The notes: generated from the letters alone by a model not told the origin. 64,000 bases of DNA from Octopus sinensis (GCF_006345805.1 NC_043004.1:30194001-30258000); one strand, 5' to 3'. Positions 1 to 12,688 are shown, counted from the stretch's first letter. Numbers and translations are program-made.

Positions 1-51
1 CTGGTGCAGTATTAATGCACCTATGTCAGTGCTGCATAAATGCACCTGTGT

Positions 52-98
<47 letters not shown>

Positions 99-174
99 TG
101 TTTCTCGTTTGGGGTCAGCAGTTTTAAAGGGTGGTATTAAGCCTTGCTTAGTTTTACTACAGAATATTGCATAC

Positions 175-408
175 CTATTTCTTTACTAACCACAAGGGGA
201 TAAACACAGAGAGGACAAACAAGGACAAACAAACGGATTAAGTCAATTATATCGACCCCAGTGCATAAATGGTACTTAATTTATCAACCCCAAAAGGATG
301 AAAGGCAAAGTCGACCTTGGTGGAATTTGAACCCAGAACGTAAAGACAGACGAAATACCACTAAGCATTCTGCCCAGCGTGCTAACATTTCTGCCAGTTT
401 GCCACCTT
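175..408 (-). mobile_element. tRNA-derived SINE family A (other copies: 34490-34720 -, 53700-53925 -, 24980-25150 +, 51115-51330 +, degenerate 23790-23890 -)
   Basis: Shared TGGCAGAA..GTTAGC head, GAGTTCAAATTCC B box and GACTTTGCCTTTCATCC...GGGGTCGAT body across copies. Confidence 0.85.
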
Positions 409-2133
409 GCATACCATTATGTAATATATGTTGTGTGTTCACTCCTGGAAATAATACAAGAAACGCTCTTTAAAAATAACAGCAAGACTTTATTCTTCTG
501 TTAAATAGTACAGTGGACCAAATAAAACATCACAAATTCTGGTGGCTGTATAGTTCATCCATCGTTTGGATAATTCAGTTTGGGCTGTCATTCGTTACAT
601 GTGTTCTTTTATATCAATTTTGCTCTGGTGAATAATGGCAGGAAAATAACACAAGTCACATTCATGAAAGTTGCTCACCTCTCTCCTCATAAATGATTTG
701 TTACACAACAATTTATAGAAGGAGAGTAGGCTCCGGAATGCATTCAGATTAGTTATTTGAGAATGCATTTCATGCAATGTGATTGGATCTTTGATCCCTA
801 TCCCATGCAATACTCAACCAATCAAAGAACAAGACTCAACCAATGTTCAAAACTCACATGATAGGTAAGACAATCAATCATTTCAGATTAATGTGCTGAA
901 CCTATAAAAGACTAATCATCTTCAATATGCCATGATAGAAATTGATATCACTACTTATTCACACACACACACACACGCCTACACACACACACACACACAC
1001 ATGCACATACATATATCTGTGTTCATGTGGGTGTAGGTGTGTGCAGCATGACATTACCAAATAACTGACTATGAGCATCTTTGTCATACTAGTGATGCCT
1101 TTTCTTTCCAGTCTTCCTTGAAATATGTTCTGCCATAAGGAAATATTACTTTGCTTGGAAAAGAGTGAAGGTTGGTAATAGAAAGTGCATCTAGCTATAG
1201 AAAATTTGTCTCGACAGACTCCATCTGGTTAAAATAATCATGGAAAACATGTTTAAATGATAATGATGATAATGATGATATGCATGTATGTATGTGTATG
1301 TGTATGTGTGGGTGTGTGTGGGTCTGTATGTGAGTATATGTTTATGTGTAAGTGAATGTGTGCATGTGTGTGTGCGTGCGTGTGTGTGTGTGTGCAAGTG
1401 TGTGTGTGTGCATGTGTGTGTGTACGTTTGTGTCTATGTCTTTGATACTATACTGCTGTTTGCCAAAACCAGTGCTATATCAAGAATCTAACTGAGCCAA
1501 TCAACAAATAATAATCAATAAAATAAGTAGTAGACTTTCAGTAAATACTGGGGTCGATATCACTGACTGAAACCCCTTGAAGATGGTGCCACTACATGGC
1601 CACAGTCCAAACACTGAAGCCACTAAAAGAATATGGTTCCTTTGTGAAAATTATTCTTGTGTCTAAGACACAAATCAATGACTTATCTGTTGATGTTAGT
1701 AGCGGAATCTGTTAAAGTGATCTTGTAAATATTTGTGAGAATTTATTGATATAATTAAACTAGGTTATCTCTTTATCTACAATACTGCTGCTGCTGCTGT
1801 TTCTGTTGCTACTGCTGCTGCTTTTGTTGCCAGATGAAGATTCTTGAACAAAGGTTTTACATTCAGTAGTAATGAATTAAATAGATTAGATTGATTACAT
1901 TGGAACTTAGTGATCACTGACGCTTACATATGAATGCGTGTGTGTGTGTGTGTGTGTGTATTTGTGTTATTAGGTGTGTATGTCATTGGATGTGTATGTG
2001 TGCATATGTGTATGTCAGTCATTGGAGCTTGACATTATTCTCTGGCTTGTCAATTTCTGTCGAGTCATCCAATTTATGCCAGTGTTGAAACATTGAAGAT
2101 GGACATTAAATGATGATGATGCGGAGGAGGAGG

Positions 2134-2169
<36 letters not shown>

Positions 2170-2170
<1 letters not shown>

Positions 2171-2960
2171 CTCTAGTGCTCAAAAGGTGCTTTCTGCATG
2201 CCACTGGTATGGGTGCCAGTTATGTGACACTGACAATGGCCGCAACTATGATTTCACTTGACTCGACAGATCTTCTCAAGCATGGCATATCGCCAAAGGT
2301 GGCAGTCACTAGTCATTGCCTCCGCGAGGCCCAGTGTTTGAAGATCATACTTCACCACCTCATCCCATGTCTTCCTGGATTTCCCTCTTCACACAGCTTT
2401 CTTCTAGTGGTAGAGATCAGCACTTCTTCACACAGCTGTTCACATCCACATCCATACACATCACATGACCATATCAATGCAGTCGTCTCTCTTACACACC
2501 ACATCTGATGCCTCTTATGCCCAACTTTACTCTCAAAACATTTACATTCTGTTGTACATGAGCACTGACATTGCACATGCAGCGAAGTGCACTAGCTCCA
2601 TTTCTTTCAAGCCTGGACATATCCTTTGCAGTCACAGCCCATGTTTCACTACCATGTAGCATGACTGTTCACATACAGGCATCATACAATCTGCCATTCA
2701 CTCTGAAGGAGAAGCCTTTGAAACCAAGAAAAGTGGAAGTTCTCTGAACTTTGCCCAACCTATTCTTATTTTAGCAACTATATCTCAGAGCATCCCGCCT
2801 CTGTTACTGACTTGGTAACCTAGACAACAGAAGCTATCTGCTACCTCTGGCTTACCCCCTCTGGCGGTTGATGGAGTATATTTCCTTGACATTTTTAGTG
2901 TTTATTGTACCTGTGCACTTTCCACACACAAAAACTAGTTTCCCAGTTAACCTTCCTCTG
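2170..2960 (-). mobile_element. RTE LINE fragment (C-terminal ORF plus 3' UTR)
   Basis: Degenerate translation includes IRIGWAKFRELP, LHGSETWAV, LGIRGIRCGV, PRKTWDEVVKYDL. Confidence 0.85.
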
Positions 2961-3638
2961 ACATTGCTGTACCTCTTTCATTAAATTCTGTTTCTTAACA
3001 TCAACTTAACAATGAAACAGTTATTTTACTGTTATCCTGAGAGGGTCATTTAGCTAATAGTAATTCATTGAGTTTGCTTCACATTTTTCTCGTTATATTT
3101 ATTCAACAATGGATGGTGAATTAGCAGAAAAATTGCTTTGCTGAATTTATTCCAGTTCTGAGTCCACATCATGCCATGGTCAACTTTGTGTTTCTTCCTT
3201 CTGGGATTGATAAAATAAAGTGTCAGAGAAGTATTGGGGTTGATGCAATTAATTAACTCACTTCTTGTAAAAATTGCTGGCCTTGTGACAAAATTTGGAG
3301 CCATTATTATTATTATTAGTCATCAAAGGCAGCAAGCTGGCAGAATCTAGTATCATCATAAAAAGAAACTGTGAAATACAAATGAGGAAGTGCTTCATCT
3401 AAAATACCTTGACCTAACAACATGTCTTCATGTTTTACCTTACTCTTTGACTGTGGCCATGACGGAGCACTGCCTTTAGTCGAACAAACCAACCCCAGGA
3501 CTTATTCTTTGTAAGCCTTATACTTATTCTATCAGTCTCTTTTGCTGAATCGCTAACTTACGAGTATGTAAACACACCAGCATCAGTTGTCAAGCAATGT
3601 TGGGGGACAAACACAGATACACAAACGTATACAGACAC

Positions 3639-3671
<33 letters not shown>

Positions 3672-3674
<3 letters not shown>

Positions 3675-4620
3675 TCATCATCATCATCATCATCATCATT
3701 TAGCGTCCGTTTTCCATGCTAGCATGGGTTGGACGGTTCAACTGGGGTCTGGGGAGCCCGAAGGCTGCACCAGGCCAGTCAGATCTGGCAGTGTTTCTAC
3801 AGCTGGATGCCCTTCCTAACGCCAACCACTCCGAGAGTGTAGTGGGTGATTTTATGTGCCACCGACACAGGTGCCAGACGAGGCTGGCGAACGGCCACGC
3901 TCGGATGGTGTTTTTATGTGCCACCCCGACACAGGTGCCAGACGAGGCTGGCAGACGGCCACGCTCGGATGGTGTTTTTATGTGCACCGACACAGGTGCC
4001 AGATGAGGCTGGCAGGTGCCAGACGAGGCTGGCAGACGGCCACGCTCGGATGGTGTTTTTATGTGCCACCGACCAGGTGCCAGATGAGGCTGGCGGACGG
4101 CCACGATCGGATGGTGTTGTTACGTCCCCAAAGCACGGAGGCCAGTCTATGCGGTACTGGCTACGGCCACGTTCGGATGATTTTCTTGTGTGCCACCGGA
4201 ACTGGTACCACAAAGATACAAATTCCATTTATGCTCATCTATTTTGATTTGTTTTGATTTGATTTTCACTTGCCTCAACAGTTCTTCACAAGTGTCACTT
4301 GCCTCAACAGGTCTTCACAAGTGTCACAAGAAGGAAGGTATGCACAGGTGGACTGTCTACGTCGCCGGGTCTTCGGATGGTGTCTTTATGTGCCACCGAC
4401 ACAGGTGCCAGATGTGGCTGGCGAACGGCCACGATCGGATGGTTTTCTTGTGTGCCACCGGTACTGAACCACAAAGATACAATTCCATTGATGTTCATCT
4501 ATTTTGATTTGGTTTGATTTTCACTTGCCTCACAGGTCTTCACAAGTGTCACGCATGTCCTTGTGTGCCACCGTACTGGAACCACAAAGATACAAATTCC
4601 ATTGATGTTCATCTATTTTG
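3672..4620 (-). mobile_element. RTE-tail element with expanded ~62-bp tandem array and secondary duplications
   Basis: Tail at 3672-3700. Units start near 3850, 3912, 3976, 4057, 4118 and 4183. The terminal block is repeated at about 4185, 4445 and 4560. Confidence 0.9.
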
Positions 4621-4637
4621 ACACACAAATATATATA

Positions 4638-5010
4638 TCATCGTCATCATCATCATCGTTTAGCATCCGTTTTCCATGCTAGCATGGGTTGGACGGTTCA
4701 ACTGGGGTCTGTGAAACCGGAAGGCTTCATCAGGCCCAGTCAGATCTGGCAGTGTTTCTACGGCTGGATGCCCTTCCTAACACCAACCATTCCGTGAGTG
4801 TAGTGGGTGCTTTTTACGTGCCACCCGCACAGGTGCCAGACAGAGCTGGCAAACGGCCACAAACGGATGGTGCTTTTTATGTGCCACCGGCACGAGGCCA
4901 GTCGGGGCGGCGCTGGCAACGGTCACAAACGGATGGTTCTCTTACATGCCACCGGCACTGGTAACTCATCTGCAATTTCCATTGATCGATTTCGATTCTG
5001 ATCCTCACTT
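4638..5010 (-). mobile_element. RTE-tail element (about 3 units)
   Basis: Same tail and hairpin units; flanked by (TA)n. Confidence 0.85.
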
Positions 5011-5011
5011 G

Positions 5012-5044
<33 letters not shown>

Positions 5045-5890
5045 GACGGGCTTTTTTCAGTTTCCGTCTACCAAATCCACTCAGAAGGCTTTGGTCGACC
5101 TGAGGCTATAGTAAAAGACACTTGCCCAAGATGCCACGCAGTAGGACTGAACCCGGAACCATGTGGTTGATAAGCAAACTGCTTACCACACAGCCACTCC
5201 TATGCCTATGCAAAGATCCCTAGTATCTGAACTATTTCATTTGTTTATCCCTTCGTTTGTTTCACAACTGTTTTTCCATGCTTGCATGGGTTAGATGGAG
5301 ATGTATTTGAGGCATGATTTTTATGACTGGATGCCCTTCCTGTCACTAACTCTTACCTGTTTTACATGTAAATAAATTTTTTTATGCCACGGAAATTTGA
5401 AAACTGTAAGTGACTGGTCTTAATGTCAACAAAGTATATAATTACCATATGACCTTTTAGCTCAAGGCAAGCCAAGAGATGTCAACATTCACACATATTT
5501 GCATTCATTCACTCACTCACACACACACATGCATGCACCCACACATGTACACACACAGCTCCTGACATTTGAAGATGTTGATTGTAAAGTTAGTGCGGAG
5601 GTTTGTACAGTGTTTCTCATGAGCTGAGGGAAGAGCTCAGAATTGAGCTGTGAAGATTGAAACCCTCATAGTGAAGAAAGAAGAATTATATGGAAGCAAA
5701 CTCTATTTTATCTTCTCATTAATAGCGATATAGTCAAGGAAAGCTACAAAATATTTCACTTACATTTTCTTTTGGTATTTGTTAGTGAGATTAGAGCTAA
5801 CAAAGTTTGCTCAGTAAAATATGTTTCTATAGTAAATAAAGACAAATAGGAGTTGATCATGTCTGTGAAATTAGGTTAGCTTGTTAGTTC

Positions 5891-5944
5891 TGATTGTTTG
5901 ACCATGTCATAGGTTTCTTCAAACACGGCTCATCAGAACAACCA
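5891..5944 (-). ncRNA. Degenerate hammerhead-like motif
   Basis: TGGTTGTT-CTGATGA-GCCGTGTTTGAA-GAAA-CCTATGACATGG-T-C|AAACAATCA. Core and stems I/III recognisable, stem II broken. Confidence 0.4.
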
Positions 5945-6971
5945 ATGACCAAATGTGAGTGTTTGGTCTGCTAAAAATGACAACCACATTCTCTTAAATC
6001 ACACTTGCCCTTTTAAAAAGAGAAGATCACTTTGGATGTGATCTTGATGAGGCAGTCATGGTTGGAATGGTATTAATCAGAGGTCTGTTCTATCAGGACT
6101 GAGCTGGGAGCTATCCCTCTTTAATATGATGTTTGATCAAACGAAATATATTTAAGATATGCTTCCAATATATTTTTTCACATTTTGCATAGTCCTCCAT
6201 TCTAACAGTATTTAATATATAGATAATATAATACAACCATTTAAACATCTCCCTTTTATAACACAAACACATCTATTTCATAAAATGATATTAATGTTTA
6301 CCCTATTATACACTACAATATACCATGTTCCTGTTCACACTCCACTCTGCTTGTGTTTACACACTATCAATGATAAACATGTTCTGTTCCTATAAGAGAG
6401 AGCATAAAACAGAAGAGATTATTGAAGAAAAACCAATTCCATATCTGAAAGAATTCCTACAGAGATTGAAAGTCTTCTCCTCAAAATTATTAAAACAAAA
6501 ATTACCTGAAAAATTTTCCAGCATCAGCCATCTTTTATTTAACCAACTGTTAACTATCATATGTTTAATATTTTCTCTCATATTTTAATACAGAGGTTCT
6601 CAATGTAGTTGGTACCACCCCCAAGTGAGCAGTGGACAGGTCAAATGAGGTCTTAGACTTTAGGGAGTGGTGGGGTAACATAATTATGTTAATTACCCTG
6701 TGCCCTATGATATATGACCTATAACTAGTAATCTTTTATCTTTTATCTTTTACTTGTTTCAGTCATTAGACTGTGGCCATATTGGGGCACCAGATTGAAG
6801 AATTTTTAGTCAAATGAACTGACCCCAGTACTTATTTTTTTTTAGGCCTGGTACTTATTCTGTCAGTCCCTTTTGCTGAACCTCTAAGTTACTGGGACAT
6901 AAACATACTAACACTATTTGTCAAGTGGTAGTGGGGGACAAACACGGACACAAAACAGACACAAACACACA

Positions 6972-7043
<72 letters not shown>

Positions 7044-8524
7044 TATATGACGGGTTTATTTCTGAATCTTTCTAACAAATCCACTCATAAGGTTTTGGTC
7101 GGCCCAAAACTGTAGGAGAAGACACTTGCCCAAGGTGCCACACAGTGGGCTGAACTCAGAACCGTGTAGTAATGGTTATCAAAATAAAATGAGATCACAT
7201 CAGGCACGGGGTAATCATTAATTTGCAATGTATAAAGTAAATATACAACTTTCATCTTTATTAATTTTTTTTTATCATTTCACTGTTAAAAGCTTATACA
7301 ATCCATTTTTAGAGTAAAGTTTATAAATCATTATCCATGTTAAGTTAGTTTAGTTGTGATACCTTATTTACCATAACAACAACTTAAAAGGGGGGCACTA
7401 CATAGAAGAGGTTAAGAATCAGTTTTATCAGAACATATTTAAGAGAGCTGAATAAACTGTACAATTTAGGTCATATTTTTTACGGTATTGTTGGTTGTTG
7501 TGAAAGTCTAGAAGTCGAGATTGTAGTATTGGTTACAGCAAAAGTACAGCAGCTAGGGTCATATATTTGGTTGTGGTGTTGGTTGTAGTAAAAGTACAGC
7601 TGCTAGGTCTATAGTTTTGTGTGTGTAAAAGTATAGTAGCTAGAGTAATAAAGAAACAAAAATGTTTATGAAACTGTTTTCCATAGCTGTGATGAAGATA
7701 TTTTTTTTTCCTGTACATGGAGCTGATTGTATGAGATTTGTATAAGAGATGTGTTGAAGTATGTAAGTAAAGCATGTACAGAAGAGATGCAAGGTTTTGA
7801 GTTACTTGATCTAAGTATGGTTTATTGGGTGAAGTATGTCATTTAAGAAAAGAACAAAGTAGATGGACATTAAATGGACCTTGCATGATGAGTGGCTACA
7901 CTGTATATTGAACTGGAGTGAAAAATGAGTTGTTGGTTGATAGCTGGGGTTACATATAGACAAGGAGAAACAAAGAAAATGTAAGAAGTTGTGAAGTGAG
8001 ATCTGAGGCTTAGATTTCACAGCAAAGATGAGGCAGGATCAAAATGAATGGACAAATGCTATGTTTGTAGACTTGGAAAATATAATCAAACATAAAAGGA
8101 CAAGTGTGCTGAAAGGAACCTGTTGAACATTATATTGTGTTGGAAATGTAGATGTTTAATAAAAAAGATATGACGGTAAAATAACAGAGGCAGTTCAAAA
8201 GATTTCATTTAGGTTTAAAACATGCAAAGGTTATATTAAACAAAAAAGATTTGTGACAAAGTGATACAGGTGCTGCAAGAAAACATTATTCTTTCATTCT
8301 TTTTCTAGTTTCTGTCATTAGATTGTGCCCATGCTGGGGGACTGTCTTCAAAAGGTTTAGGGATATTATTGATCCCAAAATTGATTTAATTTTTGTACTT
8401 ATTTCATTGGTATCTTTTTATCTGACTACTAAATTATTATTTTTTTTTACATAAAGGGCTAAATACAGACATAGGTAAGAATATAGATGTAGACAAACAC
8501 ATATGTATATGCATGTATATAGAT

Positions 8525-8556
<32 letters not shown>

Positions 8557-10384
8557 CTGTCTGCAGTCTACATCCATATACACATATAGAGATGTGTATA
8601 AGTGTATAACTGTGTATACACATACATAGTTTCTATCTACTAAATTCCACTCAAAAAATATTGTTAAAGCCAATGCCATTGTAAAAGACATTCATCCATG
8701 ATGCAGAGATGTTAGATCAAACCTGGGGTCATGTGATTGCTAAGGGAACATCTTAACAAAAGGTGGTGCAAAATAACTATTAAAAATCAAATTGAGAGAA
8801 ACAAACAAAGACAACAACAGTAAGATGATAAAGAGTAAAAATTATTTAAAACAGAGAACTGAACCTTGAAAATATTGATTGAAACTGATCATCCACTGTG
8901 TTTACATTGATCCATGTCAGAAATGGTAACCTTCAGAAGCAAACAGAATCGAAGCAAATAGACAAAAATGACATGAGTAAAACTGACTGAAGATTCTAGA
9001 ATAAGCAGTAATAAAACATTGGCAAAATTATTTGAATTTCTTATGAATTTATTTCTCTGGAATAACGATAAACTGAATGCAAAGGAAAAAAAGCAACAAA
9101 ATAAAACAAAAAGCTTATGCTAATATAAAATATAATACTGAAAAATAATCAGATAAAAAATTAACGGAAGAAGTAATTGCAGGTTAGACAAGAAATAAAT
9201 TAATCTGGTAAAGAAGTTACTGGAAAATATTATTTTGTTATTTACTAAAGATATCCAACTGTTGGATTGAACTGGTGTCTTTTCCATTCTATGGTAGAAC
9301 AAAAGCACTGTAATTTTATATAGATTCTAAACCTTATAGACAACAGTTAAAGAGAATATTGGGAAAAATTAATATAATATGGCACAATACAGTCTTCAGC
9401 CATACAACAATGAAGATGATGACAACGATAATGATGATGTTACTTAATCTGAGGTAATTATAATCCAAATGTATTCCAACTATCTCAATTCCATTTTTTT
9501 TAATGTATTCTGTATCTAGGACTACATTAACCAATCTAACTACTTTTTAAGATAGTAGGTGTGATATGAGGTTAAATTGGGCTGCTAGGTCTACCAGCTT
9601 ATGCAGTCTCACAGAAGCTTCTTTGATAATGATGATGATGATGATGATGATGATGATATTGATGATAATGATGATGGCAACAGTTATATTGATGACCATG
9701 AGGTACTGATAGTGATGATGATGGCAATGATATTAATGGTCCTGGTGATCTTGATGGTGACGTCTACAATGATGATGATGATGATGGTAATTATAATGAT
9801 GATAATGAACACTTGCATTTATCTGCTGTCACATCAGGCCTTAAGTATTTAAAGTATCCACTTTTGATAAATTAACTGTGGTAGAAACAATTATTGGAAA
9901 ACTACACACTCGGTTTTGCAACCTCTACTGCCACAACAACAACAACAACAACAACAGCAACTACTACTACTACTACTACTACTGCTACTGCTACTGCTAC
10001 TGCTGCTGCTGCTGCTACTACTACTACTACTATCAAATACCACCACCACCAATGCCTACTCCCAGTTTTTCCAAAAATGTGGCATGGAAGAGGCCACAGC
10101 AGTGACACCAGATATATCTTTCCCTCTCACCTTCTCCACCTGTCCCGATACAAGTCCAATATCAATCAATATGGAGATATTTCTCTTCAATTTACACACT
10201 ATTTTCGCATTCATTGAACGATTAATCTCTGATAGATAACAACAAGAAATTCTTTAACAAGTTCTAGTTGTGTACTGTGGTGATGAAATATTGGGGAAAT
10301 ATCATTGAATACTTATGAAAACATACTGAAATGCTTGCTTGATGAGGAAGTTGTGCTTTGGGAACATTTTTTTACATATCCCAA

Positions 10385-10556
10385 TTGTATTCATCATCAT
10401 CATCATCATCATCAGCGTTTAACGTCCATTTTTCATGCTAGCATGGGTTGGATGCTTTGACTGGGGTCTGGGAAAACAGGAGGCTGCACCATGCTCCAGT
10501 CTGCTCTGGCAGTGTTTCTACAGCTGGATGCCCTTCCTAATGCCAACCTCCATGAG
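10385..10556 (-). mobile_element. 5'-truncated RTE tail
   Basis: (CAT)n + TTTAACGTCC...CATGCTAGCATGGGTTGG...GGATGCCCTTCCTAATGCCAACC, followed by (TA)n. Confidence 0.8.
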
Positions 10557-10558
10557 TG

Positions 10559-10601
<43 letters not shown>

Positions 10602-10615
10602 TTATTTTATAGAAG

Positions 10616-10671
10616 GAGCTTCTACAGGACTAGAACTGTTTCATTCAAAAGAAATCATCAGGAAGCTTCCT
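10616..10671 (-). ncRNA. Type I hammerhead motif, minus arm of palindrome
   Basis: Same fold on the minus strand, with stem III CAG(TTCTAGTC)CTG and a GUA triplet at 10623-10625. Confidence 0.65.
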
Positions 10672-10715
10672 GATGATTTCTTTTGAATGAAACAGTTCTA
10701 GTTGTAGAAGCTCCT
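10660..10715 (+). ncRNA. Type I hammerhead motif, plus arm of palindrome
   Basis: AGG(A)AGCTTC-CTGATGA-tTTC(TTTT)GAAt-GAAA-CAG(TTCTAG)TTG-T-A|GAAGCTCCT. Core intact; the first pair of stem II is a T.T mismatch. Confidence 0.65.
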
Positions 10716-10791
10716 TCTATAAAATAAATTAATTTACTCTGCTATGTATGAGTACCTTATTTACTGGGTTAACCCCGACTCAACCGGGACC

Positions 10792-10854
<63 letters not shown>

Positions 10855-10898
10855 TTATATAGATTGTATATATATATATATATATGTATGTATATATC

Positions 10899-10972
<74 letters not shown>

Positions 10973-11081
10973 ATATATATATATATGTATATAATATATA
11001 TATATGTAGTTATATAGATATATGTATGTAATATATAATATATATATTATATTATATATATATATATATATATATAATACA

Positions 11082-11272
11082 TCATTCATCATCATCATCA
11101 TCATCATCGTTTAACGGCCGTTTCCATGCTAGCATGGGTTGGGCTGTGTTCAAGCAGGGATCGGAAGCCAGAAGGCTGCACCTGGCTCCGGTCTTATCTG
11201 GCAATGTTTCTACAGCTGGATGCCCTTCCAACGCCAACCACTCCGCGAGTGTAGTGGTGCTTTTACGTGCCA

Positions 11273-11275
<3 letters not shown>
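11082..11275 (-). mobile_element. 5'-truncated RTE tail inside (TA)n
   Basis: Same tail motifs; TA-rich tracts on both sides. Confidence 0.85.
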
Positions 11276-11317
<42 letters not shown>

Positions 11318-11318
<1 letters not shown>

Positions 11319-11935
11319 CATCATCATCATCCTTATCATTTAACGTCATTGTCCGTGCTGGCATGGGTTGGATAGTTTGACCAGGGCTGGCAAGCTGGAA
11401 GGCTGCACTAGACCACAGTTTGATTTAGTATGGTTTCTAAAGCTGGATACCATTCCTAACATGAACCACTCTGAGAATGTAATGGGTGCTTTATGTGCCA
11501 CCGACATGGGTGCCATTTGTGTGACTCCAGTATCTTCCACAACTGCAATTTTATTTGGCTTGATGGGTCTTCTTCTCGAGCACGACATAATGCCAAAGGT
11601 CTTGGTTATTCATCATTCCCTCCATGGGGCCCAATACTTGAAACGTGCTTTTCACATGCATCTGGCATTGGCCACTTTGTCTCTGTGAGGCCCAATGCTT
11701 GAAAGGTGCTTTTTATGTGCCACCTGTACAGGTGTCAGTCATGTGACACCAACATCCGCCATGACTTTGATTTCACTTAGCTTGACAGGTCTTCTCAAGC
11801 ACAGCATATCACCAAAGGTCTCGGTCACTAGTCAATGCCTCTGTGAGGCCCAAAGTTCAAAGATCATGCTTCACTACCTCATGCCATGTCTTCCTGGGTC
11901 TACCTCTACTGCAGATTCCCTCCACAGTTAGAGAT
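11318..11935 (-). mobile_element. RTE LINE 3' end (ORF end plus 3' UTR plus tail)
   Basis: Translation SLTVEGICSRGRPRKTWHEVVKHDL...AVLEKTCQAK* is a typical RTE ORF end; hairpin units and the (GAT)n tail follow. Confidence 0.85.
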
Positions 11936-11944
11936 TGATGAGCA

Positions 11945-12620
11945 ATTTTGATTTTGAGGCAAGTGAAATCAAAATCAAAATTGTTGACATGGCCGATGAC
12001 AGTACTGCCTGATCGGCACTCGTGCCAGTGGAACGTTAAAAGCACATCTGAATGTGGGGTGTAACCAGCCCAGTTATGAGTACTCCTCATTCACTGGACA
12101 ATGAACTTTGCTTACAAAGACAGACCTATTGAGGCATGTGAAAACAAATCAATGCCTGATTGGCATTCATACCAGTGGAATGCTAAAAGCACATCCGAGC
12201 ATGATCGTTGCTAGGGCCATGGATTGGCTCCCATGCTGGTGGCACATGAAAAGCAACATTTGAACATGATAATTACCAGCGTCGCCCTACCAGCACATGT
12301 GCCAGTGGTACATGAAAAACAATATTCGAGCGTGGTCGTTGCCAATGCTGCCGGACTGGCTCCCATGCAGGTAGCACGTAAAAAACACCTTTTGAGCATG
12401 GTCGTTGCCAGAACCACCTGACTGGCCCTCATGCCAATGTCACGTAAAAGCACCCACTACACTCTTGGAGTGGTTGGCATTAGGAAGGGCATCAAGCTGT
12501 AGAAACTTTGCCAGATCAGATTGAGCCTGGTGCAGCTTCTGGCTCACTGGTCCTCAGTCAAACCGTCCAACCCATGCCAGCATAGAAAGTGGACGTTAAA
12601 CGATGAGGATTAGGATGATG
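11945..12620 (+). mobile_element. RTE-tailed non-autonomous element with about 5 diverged ~60-bp units
   Basis: Repeated GTGGCAC-RT-AAAAAGCA units and the ...GGACGTTAAACGATGA tail. Confidence 0.75.
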
Positions 12621-12688
12621 ATATATGTATATTTATATATGTATGTGTATGTGGGTGTATATATATATATATAAATATATATATATGG

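Larger units (their letters stand above)
10601..10728. repeat. Near-perfect zero-spacer palindrome (arms 65/63 bp) centred on GGAAG|CTTCC
   Basis: Arms are exact reverse complements except for a 2-nt indel (ctacaGGactag vs ctacaactag). Flanked by (TA)n tracts. Confidence 0.97.

Noticed and set aside
3850-4620. CRISPR-like appearance of regularly spaced palindromic units
   Set aside because: The units are whole tandem repeats without unique spacers, in a eukaryotic LINE 3' UTR context, with no cas genes.
6325-6588. 87-aa plus-strand ORF (REHKTEEIIEEKPIPYLKEF...)
   Set aside because: No recognisable domain, donor site or partner exons.
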